Source: the human T2T-CHM13v2.0 reference genome, Homo sapiens. From it: 64,000 bases of DNA. The first letter of the stretch is position 1, and every line of letters begins with the position of its first letter. A program made the position numbers and the translations under genes. The DNA lies in the NCBI GenBank assembly GCA_009914755.4, contig CP086569.2:8896001-8960000 (forward strand). Direction: 5' to 3'. The notes under the pieces are model-generated. The model saw only the letters and a list, made by a program, of their open reading frames with translations. It was not told where the DNA came from and did not search any database. Positions 1-12,986 of the stretch are shown here, piece by piece.

Positions 1-3000
1 CAGATACTTTTGGATCCTTAGGGATTTTGCAGTTTTTTCTTGGGGCTGTGCTTGAACTTTTTTTTTTTTTTTTTTTTTTGGTTGGCTCACCTCTGCCATC
101 TCCTAGATTCATCAGACTATCCCATGGATCCCACAGAAAAGACAAGCGACAGTCCACCACCAACGAACCTCCATGGAGTTCTCCTTCTCCACCCAGCCAC
201 AGGGACTTTTGTCTAAGCAATGGTGACATTCATTGTGACACCAGCCAGAGCTCACAATCAGGCATGATGCCCTGAGACATGCTCATTCCCATTCATGAGG
301 CAGGCACAAGTGCCTGACTATCAGAACTGTCAGCCTGCCTATACAGAGAAAAATGGTACAGGCAGAGACAGCCTGGTATTGGGAAAAAGGCTGTCTGCAA
401 AAACCCACTGTGGGACCCTAAGAGTCTCAACCTCAAAGCATGTTCAGGCTTTCTCCGTGGTCAGGTCCCCCTGGAGATGGATGTGCTTCAAAACCATGAG
501 GTGGTCCCTGGAAACTGCATTTCTCACTCTTTCTCTGAAAGAGGCTGTATTCCAGAATCAGGTCCCGTGAAGTTTGGAATATATTCTGGTGTATTTTTGA
601 GGGTTCTTTCGGTGATAGAATCATACCTGAAACCCCAGAGGCAGGTGTCTATAAAAGACGGACAGGCTCTTGACTTCACTGCCTCCCTTCATCCTCGGCC
701 TTGCAGGAGCTCTCTGGGGAAGGCAGGAACCACAACAAAGGCAAGTCCAAGATGGAGCAGTGTTCTCACATCTTGCACTGACCTCTCATGGGTGTAGATG
801 AGGTTGAGACAGTATCTCAGAGGCCATCTGTGGTGATGGCAAGCCTGAAAACTATGTCCAGTAGTTCTGTTGAGAGGCACTGTGGATTCCTGATGAAAGC
901 AGGGAAAAATCCAAGACTCATCTGAGAGAATGAGCTGCCTTGTGCTGGAGTTGAAGCAATGTTCAATGATTCCTGTCAGAGGACCCAATAGCCTCCTGCA
1001 AAGTGCAAACAACCTCAGACCCCACAATGAGACAAGGACCACCTGAAACATGGAGTGCAGCCAGCCTACCCAAAGTCCCTTTTGCTCTTTGAAATCCCTG
1101 GCAGCAAAATAATATGTGGCAAGAGGCAGTCCCATCCAGCAACAGCCCAATGAAAGAGCTCGTCCACAATGAGAAGGCCTTGCAGAAGACCCATCCCGTC
1201 CAACATCAAGCTATACCATTTCCATTTGTCTCTGGGTATGAAACCCCTGAAATCAAGAGTTTGCCAGGATAGCCCAAACCTACACTCCAAATGTTCCTTG
1301 AACGTTGGAGTACTCCCACGTGAACATCGAGCCATGGTGTGGGCTGCTTGTGCAATTAAGTGAATGTGGGTATGGAGTTGGAAGCACCTTCTGTGTCATC
1401 TGCATTCATTTTTTGTGTGTGTGTGGGTAAAGTTCCGCGACCCCATCCATCCCTAGCCAGATTTTGTCCTCACTCCTATCTGATCTTATTGCTGCTCACA
1501 CTCTATGTCCCAGGATGAAATCCCGAGATGATGGAGGAGTGCCCCCTCCCAACTTGAAGCACCTGCTCAGCTGGGAACAGAATTCTAGGTAAATTCAAGG
1601 GGCCCTGCAGACAGGACTGCTAGTGTCTCTCTCGGGCTTGGCCACAGGTAAATGAAACATGGCGGGAGATGTCTACTTCTGTGTGAAGAGGAGTGGCTTT
1701 TATTGCAGGGGTAGGTGATTTGGACCCTGTCAGGTCACAGCCAGCCTCCCAATTCACTGAGGATTCTTTATCCACAAAAAAATAAAGACCACAGAGCCAC
1801 AGAGTCCAGGTAGAGCCACATAGATAGGCCACCAAAAGATGGGAAGACTCAAACAAAAGATGCACTACAGAGTGTTAGCCACATTCATTTAAGCGGACTC
1901 CACTAACACACACACTCACACACAAAGGCAAAGCCACACACATAAGCAGACATCCAACACTCACAACAATCCCACAGAAACACACACCCAGACAGCTTCT
2001 GAGGCTTCATGGTTCTGCAGAAAGCCCCACCAAGGAGAGAGCAACCACAGGGTACACAGGTGGTCTGTTCCTCGAAATCACATTGGGGCAAGTTTCTAAA
2101 GGACTCACTCCTACAACGTCTAGGCAGGCCTGAGGCATCCTACAGATATACTTGGATCCTTAGGAATTTCACTGTTTATCCCTGGGGCTTTGCTTGACTT
2201 TTCGTCAGGCTGGCTCACGTCTGCCCTCTCCTAGGATCATGGGACTATCCCGTGATCCCACAGAGAAAACAGCCAGAGTCCACCGCCTACGCACCTCCAC
2301 GGAGGTCTCCTTCTCCACCAAGCCACAGGGACTTGCTGCTATGCAACGATGGCATTCACTGTGATGCTAGACAAAGCTCACAGCTTAGGCCTCGTAGCTT
2401 GAGAAGAGCGCATGCGCATTCGCGAGGCAGGAGCGGGCGCCCAACTTTCAGATCTGTGAGCCTTCCTAAGCAGAGGAAAATGGTACAGGCAGAGCCAGCC
2501 TAGTATCGGGAGAAAGGCTTTCTGCGATAACCCACTGCGGGACCCTGTAAGTCTCGACCTTAGGGCCCCATCGGGCCATTTTTGTGGCCTGGTCTGGCTG
2601 GAGAAGGAGGAATTTTGAGACTGTGTGGTGATCGCCGGATGCTGCTCTTCTGACTCTATTCCCAAAAGAGACTCTGTGCAAGAATTGGTTCCCATGGGGT
2701 TTGGAATATAATCTGGTGAGTTGTTCAGGGTTCTTTTTGATTGACAGAATCATACCTGAGACCACAGAGGCATTGTCAGCGAAAGTTAGCCACGCCCTTT
2801 ACCTCACATCCTCCCTTCACTCTGAACCTTGCAAGGGCTCTCTGGGAAAGGCAGGGACCATGGCAAAGGAAAGTCCAAGGTGGAGCAGTGTTCTCACACC
2901 TCAAAGTGGGTGCTCACAGGTGCAGAGGAGGTTGAGACAGTGTCTCAGAGACCATTTGTTGCCATTGCAAGCCTGAAAAGGGTGTCCAGTAGTGTTGTTG

Positions 3001-6000
3001 AAAGTCAGTGTGGACCCACCATGACAGCAAAGAAAAATCAAAACTCACCTGAGAGAAGGAGCTGACTTGTGCTGGAGTCCAAGCAGTGATCAAAGATTCC
3101 TGTCAGAGGACCCAAATCCTCTTGCAAAGTGCAAACAAAGTCAGTCCCCACAAAGAGACCAGGATCCACACTCTAGAGTGCAGCCAGCCTATCCGACTTC
3201 CCTTTTGCTCCCTGAAATCCCTGGAAGCCAAGAGATCTGTGGAGAGAGGCAGTTGCATCCAGCCACAGTCCAATGAAATACTTCCTCCACAATGAGAAAG
3301 GACATGCAGACACAATGAAACACAGCTTAGATTACCAAACAAAAGCCAGACATGCCTGCCTGCTTCTCATCCTACAGGAATCATGCAGCCCTCCAACAGA
3401 AGTGGGAGAAAAAGAGTTTCTTTTATGGCATATGTAATGCTGACTTATGGTTTTAAATGTATCAAAGGAGCCCAGTCATTAAAATGTGACAGTGTTTAGA
3501 AGGAAACATGCAATGAATTCCAGTGAGGGTCATCCTCCATGAATGGGGAAATGTTTAGTGTGTAAGACCTTAGCCAGACCCAGGAAAACCTAGGCCGACA
3601 GGGAACATGGAAGACAGGAAAGGAAGAGGCAAGTATGGAGGCTATATCCCACCCAGCGTCAATGCATCTCACTCCCATTTGGCTATGGGAATGAAAGCCC
3701 TCAAATCAGGAGTTTGACAGGATGGCCTCAGTTTGCACACCAAATGTTCCCTGCACGTTGGAGTACTCCCAGGTGAACACAGGGTCATGGTGCACACTGC
3801 TGGTGCAATTAAGGGAATGCAGAGATGCATTTGGAAGCACTGTCCATGTCCTCTGTCTTCACCTTTTTTGCAGGTGAAGTTGCAGGACCCCGTCCACCCC
3901 TCACCAGATTGTATGCTCACCCCTATGTGAACTTACGGCTGCTCACACTCTCTGTTTCAGAATGAAATCCCAAGACAATGGAGGAGTTTCCCCTAATGAC
4001 GTTAAGCACCTGCTTGGCTGGGAAATGAATTGGAGGTAAATTCAAGGGGTCCTGTGGACAAGACTGCTAGTGTCCCTCCCTGGGTTGGCCACAGGACAAT
4101 GAAACACTGGGAGGCGTCAATTCCTGGGTATGACGTGCCCCTCTTCTTTCCAGAAGAGTACCTTTTTCTTTTTTGGCAGGGGGAGGTAGTTTGGCCTCCG
4201 GCGGGTCTCAACCAGACTCCCAATTCGCTGCAGATTCACGATCCACAGAAGAATAAAGAACACAGAGACCCACAGTCCAAGCAGAGCCACAGACACACAG
4301 GCGACCAGAATGTTGAGTTACTGAAAAAAAAGAAGCACTGCAATGTGTTAGCCACACTACTATAAGCAGACTCCACTTACAGGCATGCACACCCACACAT
4401 ACACCCACAAATACACAAAGCCACACAGGCAAGCAGACATCCAACACTTGCAACACTCCAACAGAAACACAGCCCAGCAGCTCCTGAGGCTAAGTGGTTC
4501 TTCAGGAAGCCCCACCTGGGAGAGAGCAACCCCGGGGAACACAGGTGGGCTGTACCTAGTAATCACTGTGGGACGAGTTTCAAAAATACTCACCCCTACA
4601 ACGTCTAATTAGGCCTGAGGCATCCTGCAGATCCTTATGGATCTGTAGGGATTTCACAGTTCCTTCCTGGGGTTCTGCTTGATGTTTCTTCAGGCTGACT
4701 CACATCTACTCACTCCTAGAATCATGGGACTGTCCTGTGGATCTCTGAGACAAGACAGGCAAGATTCCACCGCCAACACACCTCCAGGGAGTTCTCCTTC
4801 TCTGCCAAGCCACAGGGACTTGTCACTAGGCAATGGTGGCATTCACTGTGAAGCTAGCAATAGCTCCCTTCTCAGGTCTGGTACTTTGAGGCTATCATAT
4901 GCGCATTCGTGAGGCAGGCTTGGATGCCTGGCTGTCAGAGCTGTCAGGCTGCCTAAGCAGATGAAAATGGTACAGGCAGAGCTAGACTGGTACTGAGAAA
5001 AAGGCTGTCTGTGATAACCTACTGCAGGAACCTAAGAGTCTTGACCTTATTGCCCCTTTGGGTCATCTCGCTGGTCAGGTCCCGGTGGAGGAGGAGGTAT
5101 TTCGAGACTGTGAGGTGGTCGCTGGAGATGGCTCTTCTGTCTCCATTCCTGAAAGAGTCTGTGTGCAAGAATCAGGTCCGATGGGGATTGGAAGAGTCTG
5201 ATGAGTTGTTGAGGGTTCTTTATGTGATGGAATCATACCTAAGACCTCAGAGTTGAAAGGTGCTGGGCACTTCACCTCACTGCCTCCCTTCATCCTCGGC
5301 CTCACAGGGCCTATCTGGGAAAGGCAGGAACCACGACATAGGCAAATCCAAGGTTGAGCAGTGTTCTCTCACCTTGATCTGGCCTCGCTTGTGGGCAGAT
5401 GAGCTTGTGACAGTGTCTAAGAGGCCATCTGTGGCGATGGCAAGCCTGAAAAAGGTGTCCAGTAATGTTATTGATGGGCAATGTGGACACCCCAGGAAAG
5501 CAAAGAAAAATCAATGCTCACCTATGAGAATGAGCTGCCTTGTGCTGGAGTCCAAGCAACGTTCAACGATTCTTGTCAGAGGACCCAAAATCCTCCTTCA
5601 AAGTGCAAATATCCTCAGCCCCCAAGACGCAACCAGGACCCACAACCTGGAGTTCAGCCAGTCTATCTGAAGTCCCATTTCCTCTCTGAAATCCCTGGAA
5701 GCCAAAAGATCTGTGGTGAGAGTAGTTCCATCCAGCAACAGCCCAGTGAAGGAGCCCTGTGACAATGAGAAAGGATGTGCACATGAAATGAAACAGAGCC
5801 TAGATAACGAGGCAAATGTTAGACACTGTTACCTGCTTCTCATCCTACAGGAATTGTGCCACCCTCCGATAGAAGTGGGAGATGAGTTGTTTCCCTGTTG
5901 GTGGCTGTGTGGGAATTTACATTTTAAAACTATCAAAGCTGTCCAGCCATCTAAAACATGAGTGTTAAGAAGGAAACACTTATGCAATGAATTCCCATGA

Positions 6001-6490
6001 GGGTCATCCTTCATGAACTGGGAAATGTTTTGTGTGGAAGATGGTGAACCAGACCAAGGAAACCCTAATTCGATGAGGAACACAAAGTCAGAAAATGAAG
6101 AGGCAAGTGTGGAGGCCACATCCCACCCACATCAATCCATCCCACTCCCATTTGGCCCTGGGTATGAAAATCATCAAAGTGCAAAACCCCAGTTTGCACT
6201 CCATATGTTAATGGCAGGTTGGAGAATACCCACTTGAACACAGGGCCATGGTGTGGGCTGCTTGTGCAATCAACGGAATGTGGGGATGCAGGTGGAAGCA
6301 ACTTCTGTGTCATCTGTCCTCACCTTTTTTTCAGGTGCAGGTGTGGGACACAATCCACACCACACCAGATTGTATCCCTTTCCCTATCAGACCTTATTGC
6401 TGCTCACACTCTCTGTCCCAGAATGAAATCCCAAGATGGTGAAGTAGTGTCCCCTCATGACGTTAAGCACCTGCCTGGCTGGTCTGACAT
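1..6490. repeat. Tandem array of a roughly 2.1-2.5 kb repeat unit, about 2.7 copies, entering the window from upstream
   Basis: Anchor motif aaatggtacaggcagag recurs at about 351, 2478 and 4965. A second anchor (gaagttgcaggaccccgtccacccc-like) recurs at about 1425, 3870 and 6335. Collinear blocks between them are similar by eye at roughly 75-85 percent, for example ggatccttagg...ttcttggggctgtgcttga at 14, 2150 and 4640. The array ends near 6490. Confidence 0.8.
60..80. repeat. poly(T) homopolymer of about 20 nt
   Basis: Direct reading of the sequence. Confidence 0.9.
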
Positions 6491-8694
6491 ATTGATTAAT
6501 CATACTTATAATTGTTTACATTCATTGTAAAACACAATGTTTCATTTTTCTTCCTTATTCCCCACCATTTATTTTCTTCTCATATTAGTTACAGTTTGTA
6601 ACTTATTTTGTTAAATATATACAATGAAGTAACACTGCAGTATTGCAGAAAGCACACTGCATTGGAAACAGACTCATATTGAAACAGGAAAATATTTCTT
6701 ATCCCCCACTGCTGGGCAAGAAATTAGGACAGGTTGTGGGGCTCTGACCCCAGGCAGCATCCAGGGGTGAATTTTTACAGCTCCTGAATCCCCACTGGGC
6801 ATATGTTACACGGCGTTAATTTAGTTTATTCATCTGTAGGCAGGTTGTGTTAGCTCAATTAGACACCCTGCCTTACTGCAAGGACAGAGGGCTTTCTGGA
6901 TCCCTGGATTTCCTGCCTTGATGTAATTGAAGAACTGGCTCACACGTGGGCTTCTACAGTAAGTGCAAGGTTTCATTGAGTGGAAGTTCTCAGCAGATGA
7001 ATGGGGAGCTAGAAAGGAGATGGAGTGAGAAGGTGCTTTTCCCCTGGAATGGGGCAGCTCAGCGATCTCCTCTCACAGCCCCGAGGAACTCCGTGTTCTT
7101 CTGTGGTGAATAGCCTACCACCTCCATCCTTGTCCTCTCCTTTCTCTGGCGTCTTCTTGGGGTCCAGTTGCTGTGTCTTTGTCTGCTGATGGTTCCTGTC
7201 GATGTCCAGCTGCTCTGTCTGTGCCTGCTAGGGTCTCAGGGATTCTTATAGAAGATGATGGGGGTATGGCAGGCCAGGGTGGTCTTGGAAAGTGCAACAC
7301 TTGGGCAAAACAAAAACAAAACAAAACAAAAAACAAAAAAACAGAAGGGCATGTCCTCACCAATTTGGGCAAGAAAACAGAAGTGTGTGTCCTCATCTAG
7401 GTCAGTGAGCACAGGCCTGAGGGTGGATCCCTAGCCAAGAATCACACCCTCCTCTACCAGACACTTCCCTGCCCCCCTTCCATATCAATATTTTTTAAAT
7501 TTAAAACTCCAAAAATAGTACCCAGATCCTTTAGAGAAGACAATTGGAGAAGATGGCATTAGAAGAACCAGACTAGGATTAGGGTCACTACATAGAAAAT
7601 GGAAACACAGATGGCATGTCCTGCAGGCCATGGAATTACTGTGGAAAGATATCCCCTACTGAGAAGGAAAGGGAAACAAACAGGCTTCTCTCATCTTTTT
7701 CTCTAATCTCTGCAGTATCACCCCTTGACTGACCTAAAATAGGGAGTAAATTTTATGGGAGCCTAGGAAATGTGCCTCCCAGGGGTCAGGCATCTCTATA
7801 ACAGAATAGTGCCAGGGAGAGGTGAGTGATGTATCTGTGGGCATACAAACCCAGGACCTCACACAAAGGAGTATCAGAGAGAAATATAGTATGAAGAGAT
7901 TAAGAGAGAAGTAGTATCAGGAATGATTCATGCATGATATTTGTGAAGAGGACAAAAAGTAAAACAGAGCTTATGAGGTAGTAAACATAATAAGAACATA
8001 AACAAAAGCAGGCAAAATTGTAAAGTCCAGGGTATTAACTTTCCTTTATAGGATTTTGAAAATCCCTTGCAGAATCCCTTTCCCAATAGCTTCCTTTCAT
8101 AGATTCATTCAAGAAATATTTAGTGAGCTAGTATGGTCTAAGAATTGGTCAGATGGCATCATGTGCATTGTTAGTACTTCTTTTGATAGAAAGAATGTTT
8201 CTTTTTTTCTACAATGTTTTCCTCCCAAACATTCTTCATGGAAATTTGAATCCTTACTGATCCAGTCAATTGTTCCTGCCCTAAGAATGGTCCCCAAACC
8301 CCTGCAAACCCCGTTAAGAACTTCATTCCTCTCCAACTAAGTTACTAAATTGTGTCTATTGTAACACTTGTCAGAGTACATTGCAATTATCGCTGTTCTC
8401 TTTATTCTCCAATTAAACTATGAATATTTTGAAGGAAATGTCTATAAACACAATGGCCTGTCATTTGTCAATACTTATTGTACCAAAGGTTATTAGATAT
8501 TTACATATAATATTATAACATATTTATCCTAATTTTTGGAAAACAATATAAACAATGTTCACTGCCCATTCCCCATGAACTGCTCAACTTTAAACAATGT
8601 CTATGCTTTGGAGCAATTGTACAAACTTCCAAAGAACACCGGAAAGTGTTTTTATTTTGTTTGACTTTGTTCTGTTATATTGAATTATTTTGTA

Positions 8695-8945
8695 GAAACA
8701 AAGTCTTGCCCTGTGGCCCAGGCTGAAGTGCAGTGTGCAATCACAGCCCACTGCAACATTGAACTCCTGAGTGAATAGAAAAATAGGTGTGTGCCATCAT
8801 GCCCAATTTAATTAATTAATTAATTAGTTACTTTTGTAGAGACTGGTCTTGCTATGTTGCCTGTGCTAGTCTCAAACTCTGGGTTTGAAGCAATTCTCCC
8901 TTCTCAGCCTCCCAAAGAGCTGTGATTCCAGGCATGAACCACCAG
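8695..8945 (-). mobile_element. Alu element (antisense orientation), partial
   Basis: Reverse-complement Alu body: gcctcccaaagagctgtgattccaggcatgaaccacc. The T-rich end lies at the lower coordinate. Confidence 0.75.
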
Positions 8946-9214
8946 ATCTCAAAGAGGAAATTTTAGATTTTACAATATTGCAATATGTTAGACTTCATTT
9001 CTTCTTTCAATTTTGCATTTGCAGAAGCACTTGAGAATAATTATTTCTTATGGTGAGAGGGTGATTTCTCATATTTGGTCAACAAATTTTGAAATCGTTA
9101 TTTTGTTTACTGAAACCCTAATAACTGGTAGTCAAGTCAGCTGAAAGTCAAGTACATGAGTGTTTTTGTGTTGAGGTTTTGAAGACAAATGTAGAGAGAT
9201 ATTAAGAACCAAAG

Positions 9215-9224
<10 letters not shown>

Positions 9225-9245
<21 letters not shown>

Positions 9246-9246
9246 G
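9225..9246. repeat. (TA)n microsatellite
   Basis: tatatatatatatatatatata. Confidence 0.9.
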
Positions 9247-9330
9247 CTAAAGCTTCATCCTTGTAGGTGAGGCATCATACATGGCAAGGATAGTTTTATA
9301 AAATACCATGAAATACATAATTTAGTAACC

Positions 9331-9394
9331 AATTCAGCACTTGAAATTTCCCAACTTAGTAACCAATTCAGCACTTGAAATTTCCCAACTTTGT
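9331..9394. repeat. 32-bp direct tandem duplication
   Basis: taaccaattcagcacttgaaatttcccaactt occurs twice in tandem. Confidence 0.85.
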
Positions 9395-11185
9395 ATTCAC
9401 CAGGAGTTAATGATGTATGGCACTTATAGTAAGTAAATTAAGGTTTGAATTGCTGTTATTTAAGTCATTGCTCAGCTAATCATTTAAGGTATCAAAGATT
9501 TTTACTTGTGCAATATCATAAACGCTGGACATTAAATATTAATCACTAGGATTTATGTATCTAAGAGCTACCATCTAATGTGATATTCTTCAGTAAGTTG
9601 ACAGCAATAATTATGCTGAAAAATAGTCATTCCCATAGTGTGAGTCATTACAGCAATTTCCATCTGAGGATTTCATAGTCAGAGTCCAGATCTGGGCAAC
9701 AGTGATTAATATAAAGGTTTTTAATGAGAAGAGATTTTGATATATCTAGCTGTGTTTAGATGTCAGTGCCTTGAATGGATGGGTTTGGTATTAATAAGAA
9801 AGGGTGCATTGGACTGGATACTAAGAAACGTATTGAATTGTTTCTCTTGTTCTCCATAACATGAAAGGTAAATCAGAGATATAGAAACAATGGAAAATTT
9901 CACAGAATGGCCTGACATTTCACTGCACTTTTATTTTTTTTAGCCACTTACAAATTCTTTAAACATACAAAGGTAGGACTGTTACAGGAAAAAAGTGTTG
10001 GTGTGAGAAGTCACAATCCACAGCAAAGTAATAGTCTGTTGTGGATGGCACCTTGAGTGCTGAATTAGAGTGAGAATCAACTTTCAGGCTGCCAACCTGG
10101 GACAAGGAGAATGAAGCTATCAGCAGTTAACATTATTGGATCAATTAAAGTGAATGTCAACAGAGATTTTGTTGATTTTACATCAAATTGAGTATAGGAC
10201 TTCAAATTGATTATTTGATAAGGATAAACTCTTACCAAATTTCCCACATGAAAAATTGAGAACTAAAAGATTACACAACCCATACATTATGAGTATCTCA
10301 TATAAATTTAATATACACATGTGCTAACTTACAGTGTGCAAATATTTGTCTATATCTAAATATATCCAAATCCATTGATGAACAGTTAGAAATTTAGAAA
10401 TTATTCTCCCATTTTAACTTTCCCTTTCCTAGAATTTTGTCACAAATATAATTTTTCCCTCTGTTTGAAGCCTACTCTCTGGAGGCATGTAATATATGGA
10501 TACAGTAAAGCCATGAGATATTACAGGGTTTGTATCAGAGAAAATAATAAAACTGGTGTTATAAAAGATCCACTGTAAGGAGAATTTTATACTTCACATG
10601 ACTACGAATACAGAAGTGTTATTTCATTGAAAGCTGATATCAGTCAATACAATTTGTTTTTAATGTTTTGTTTAAAATACTTAATCTCAAAAGGATTATT
10701 TGAGTAATGTTATTGGTAATAAATAACGATTAAGAATTTCCTTTCATTTGTTGATTATTTAAAATGCAAGTAAAATACTAAAAAGTACTGTATAATGTAG
10801 TTTCATGATGCATTCTCTGTGGTTTTTGTAAAATTAATAGCCTCAATGGAATTTTTTGACACAGAGAAATTTCCTTATTTCATTATTGTACTTTCACTTT
10901 ATTACTTGCTTGCATATCATAACTGATGGAAATAAAATATTTTTATTTACACATATACAAAGCATGGAATTTTATGTTTTCTAGTGAGAAAAAGTCACCA
11001 ATAATTTTATCAGTATAGGAAAATTTTGATATGCCCAAAGTTCTTAACTTTCTTTTCTTTAGAAGTTTCATATTTCAGTCTAGGTATGAGATGGAATTGA
11101 CTGTGATCATTGTTTTTATTTCACTGTGACTACTGAGTTTCTGATACAGTGATACTAATGTATAGACTTAAAAGCTTGCCTCCTC

Positions 11186-11236
11186 CTCCTCCTCCTTCTT
11201 CTTCTTCTCCTCCTCCTCATCCTCCTCCTCCCCGCT
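11186..11236. repeat. (CCT/CTT)n polypyrimidine trinucleotide repeat
   Basis: cctcctcctcctccttcttcttcttctcctcctcctcatcctcctcctcc. Confidence 0.9.
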
Positions 11237-12339
11237 TTGGACCTGTCCATGTGATTTCTGCAGTAATATGCACCGTTATCTGAAATAAGGTTACTAAAAG
11301 GTACAAGCATAAGTGGAATTCTTTATTTTTATGAACCTTTAGGAACAGACAAGTAAAACTGAAACATAGTTGTGATATGAATTTAAGTCTGCAGTTTCTC
11401 ACAGAAGTCCAAAAGGGTGAAAATAAATTTAAAAATGCATGCCTCATCCAAAACATCATGTAGAATAATGAAAAATTTAATTTGACATAAATACCAATTT
11501 AAAAGTTATAATTATTTCAGGTGAGAGAAAGTAGCACTAAAAATCCTATTTTTCCTGTTTAAGTACATAACTATTACTGTATCTTCAGGCCTTAAAAAGT
11601 GTTAAGTTTAACTTAAGCAACAACTTTCTGGCAATTTCTAACAATGAGTGCATCATCTTAGAATTTCTCCAAGAATTTTTTGGGAGAAATATAATCAAAT
11701 TTTGCTCTGTAAACAATTGAATTAATCAATAGAATTATTGACTGTAGTCTTGAAATTTCATTGTCCTTCTCTTTTCAGTTTTTACATATTCTATTTAAAG
11801 TTCAAAATCCCCTAGGAAAAATATGATAAATAACAATGACTGAAAAAGTTGAGAAACAAAAACTGAGCAGCAGACACATTTCAGGCTTTCCTTTATGAGA
11901 ATGCTACACTAACCATGTAATATACACAATATAAATCACTGTGAGAAAAAAAAACATTTGTGTAGCTACTTGACAGTTTATACAGTAACAGCAAATATTC
12001 TCACTTGAACTTCAAAAGGGTTTTTAAGCTTGTGTTTCATAAATGAGGAAAATGTGGTTTGTATTTCCTGTATTTGCCTATTACAGCAGTTATCACACTT
12101 ATTATTCCTCATTTATCTCTGTGCCTGTAACAACTGCACTCTCAGAAGAGCAAGGACCATGTTTTTCTGAGCTTCTTGCAGACTGCCAGGCTTATTGTGG
12201 CATTTAGAAACTATCCGCTGAATGTTTGTGACATTTTCATGCGAGTTAGATTCTAGGCCACTTGATACTAATCTTCTATTTAATATTTGGGTTTGGAGAG
12301 CTATTTTTCCTTTTCAGTTTTTTTTTCTTTTATCTTTTT

Positions 12340-12548
12340 TTTCTTTTTTTATTATAAATTAAGTTTTAGGGTACATGTGCACATTGTGCAGGTTAGTTAC
12401 ATATGTACACATGTGCCATGCTGGTGCACTGCACCCACTAACTCATCATCTAGCATTAGGTGTATCTCCCAATGCCATCCCTCCCCCCTCCCCCCACCCC
12501 ACAACAGTCCCCGGAGTGTGATATTCCCCTTCCTGTGTCCATTTTTTC
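12340..12548 (-). mobile_element. L1 (LINE-1) 3'-end fragment, antisense
   Basis: Reverse complement of the L1 3'UTR/ORF2 end: ttattataaattaagttttagggtacatgtgcacattgtgcaggttagttacatatgtacacatgtgccatgctggtgcactgcaccc. Confidence 0.85.
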
Positions 12549-12552
12549 CTTT

Positions 12553-12960
12553 TTTTATTATACTTTAAGTTCTAGGGTATATGTTCACAACATACAGGTT
12601 TGTTACATAGGGATACATGTGCCATGTTGGTTTACTGCACACATCAACTCATTATTTACATTAGGTATTTCTCCTAACGCTATCCCTCCCCAGCCCCGCA
12701 ACCCACTGACTGCCCCGTGTGTGGTGTTCCCCGCCCTGTGTCCATGTGTTCTCATTGTTCAACTCCTACTTATGAGTGAGAACAGGCAGTGTTTGGTTTT
12801 CTGTCCTTGTGATAGTGTGCTTAGTATGATGGTTTTCAGCTTCATCCATGACCTTGGAACCACAAAGAGATACCATCTCATGTCAGTTAGAATGGCAATC
12901 ATTAAAATCAGGAAACAACAGATGTTGGAGAGGATGTGGAGAAATGGGAATGCTTTTAAG
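12553..12960 (-). mobile_element. L1 (LINE-1) 3'-end fragment, antisense, longer copy directly abutting the first
   Basis: It has the same L1 3'-end motifs. It extends into the ORF2 C-terminal region: ...gataccatctcatgtcagttagaatggcaatcattaaaatcaggaaacaacagatgttggagaggatgtggagaaatgggaa. Confidence 0.85.
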
Positions 12961-12986
12961 ATTTTTTTAAAGTATATTTTAAGGAT

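Noticed and set aside
1-6490. Possibility that the 2.4 kb tandem units are rDNA or another RNA gene array
   Set aside because: There is no rRNA or tRNA-like conserved core, no GC-rich structured segments and the copies are too diverged. It is kept only as an unidentified repeat.
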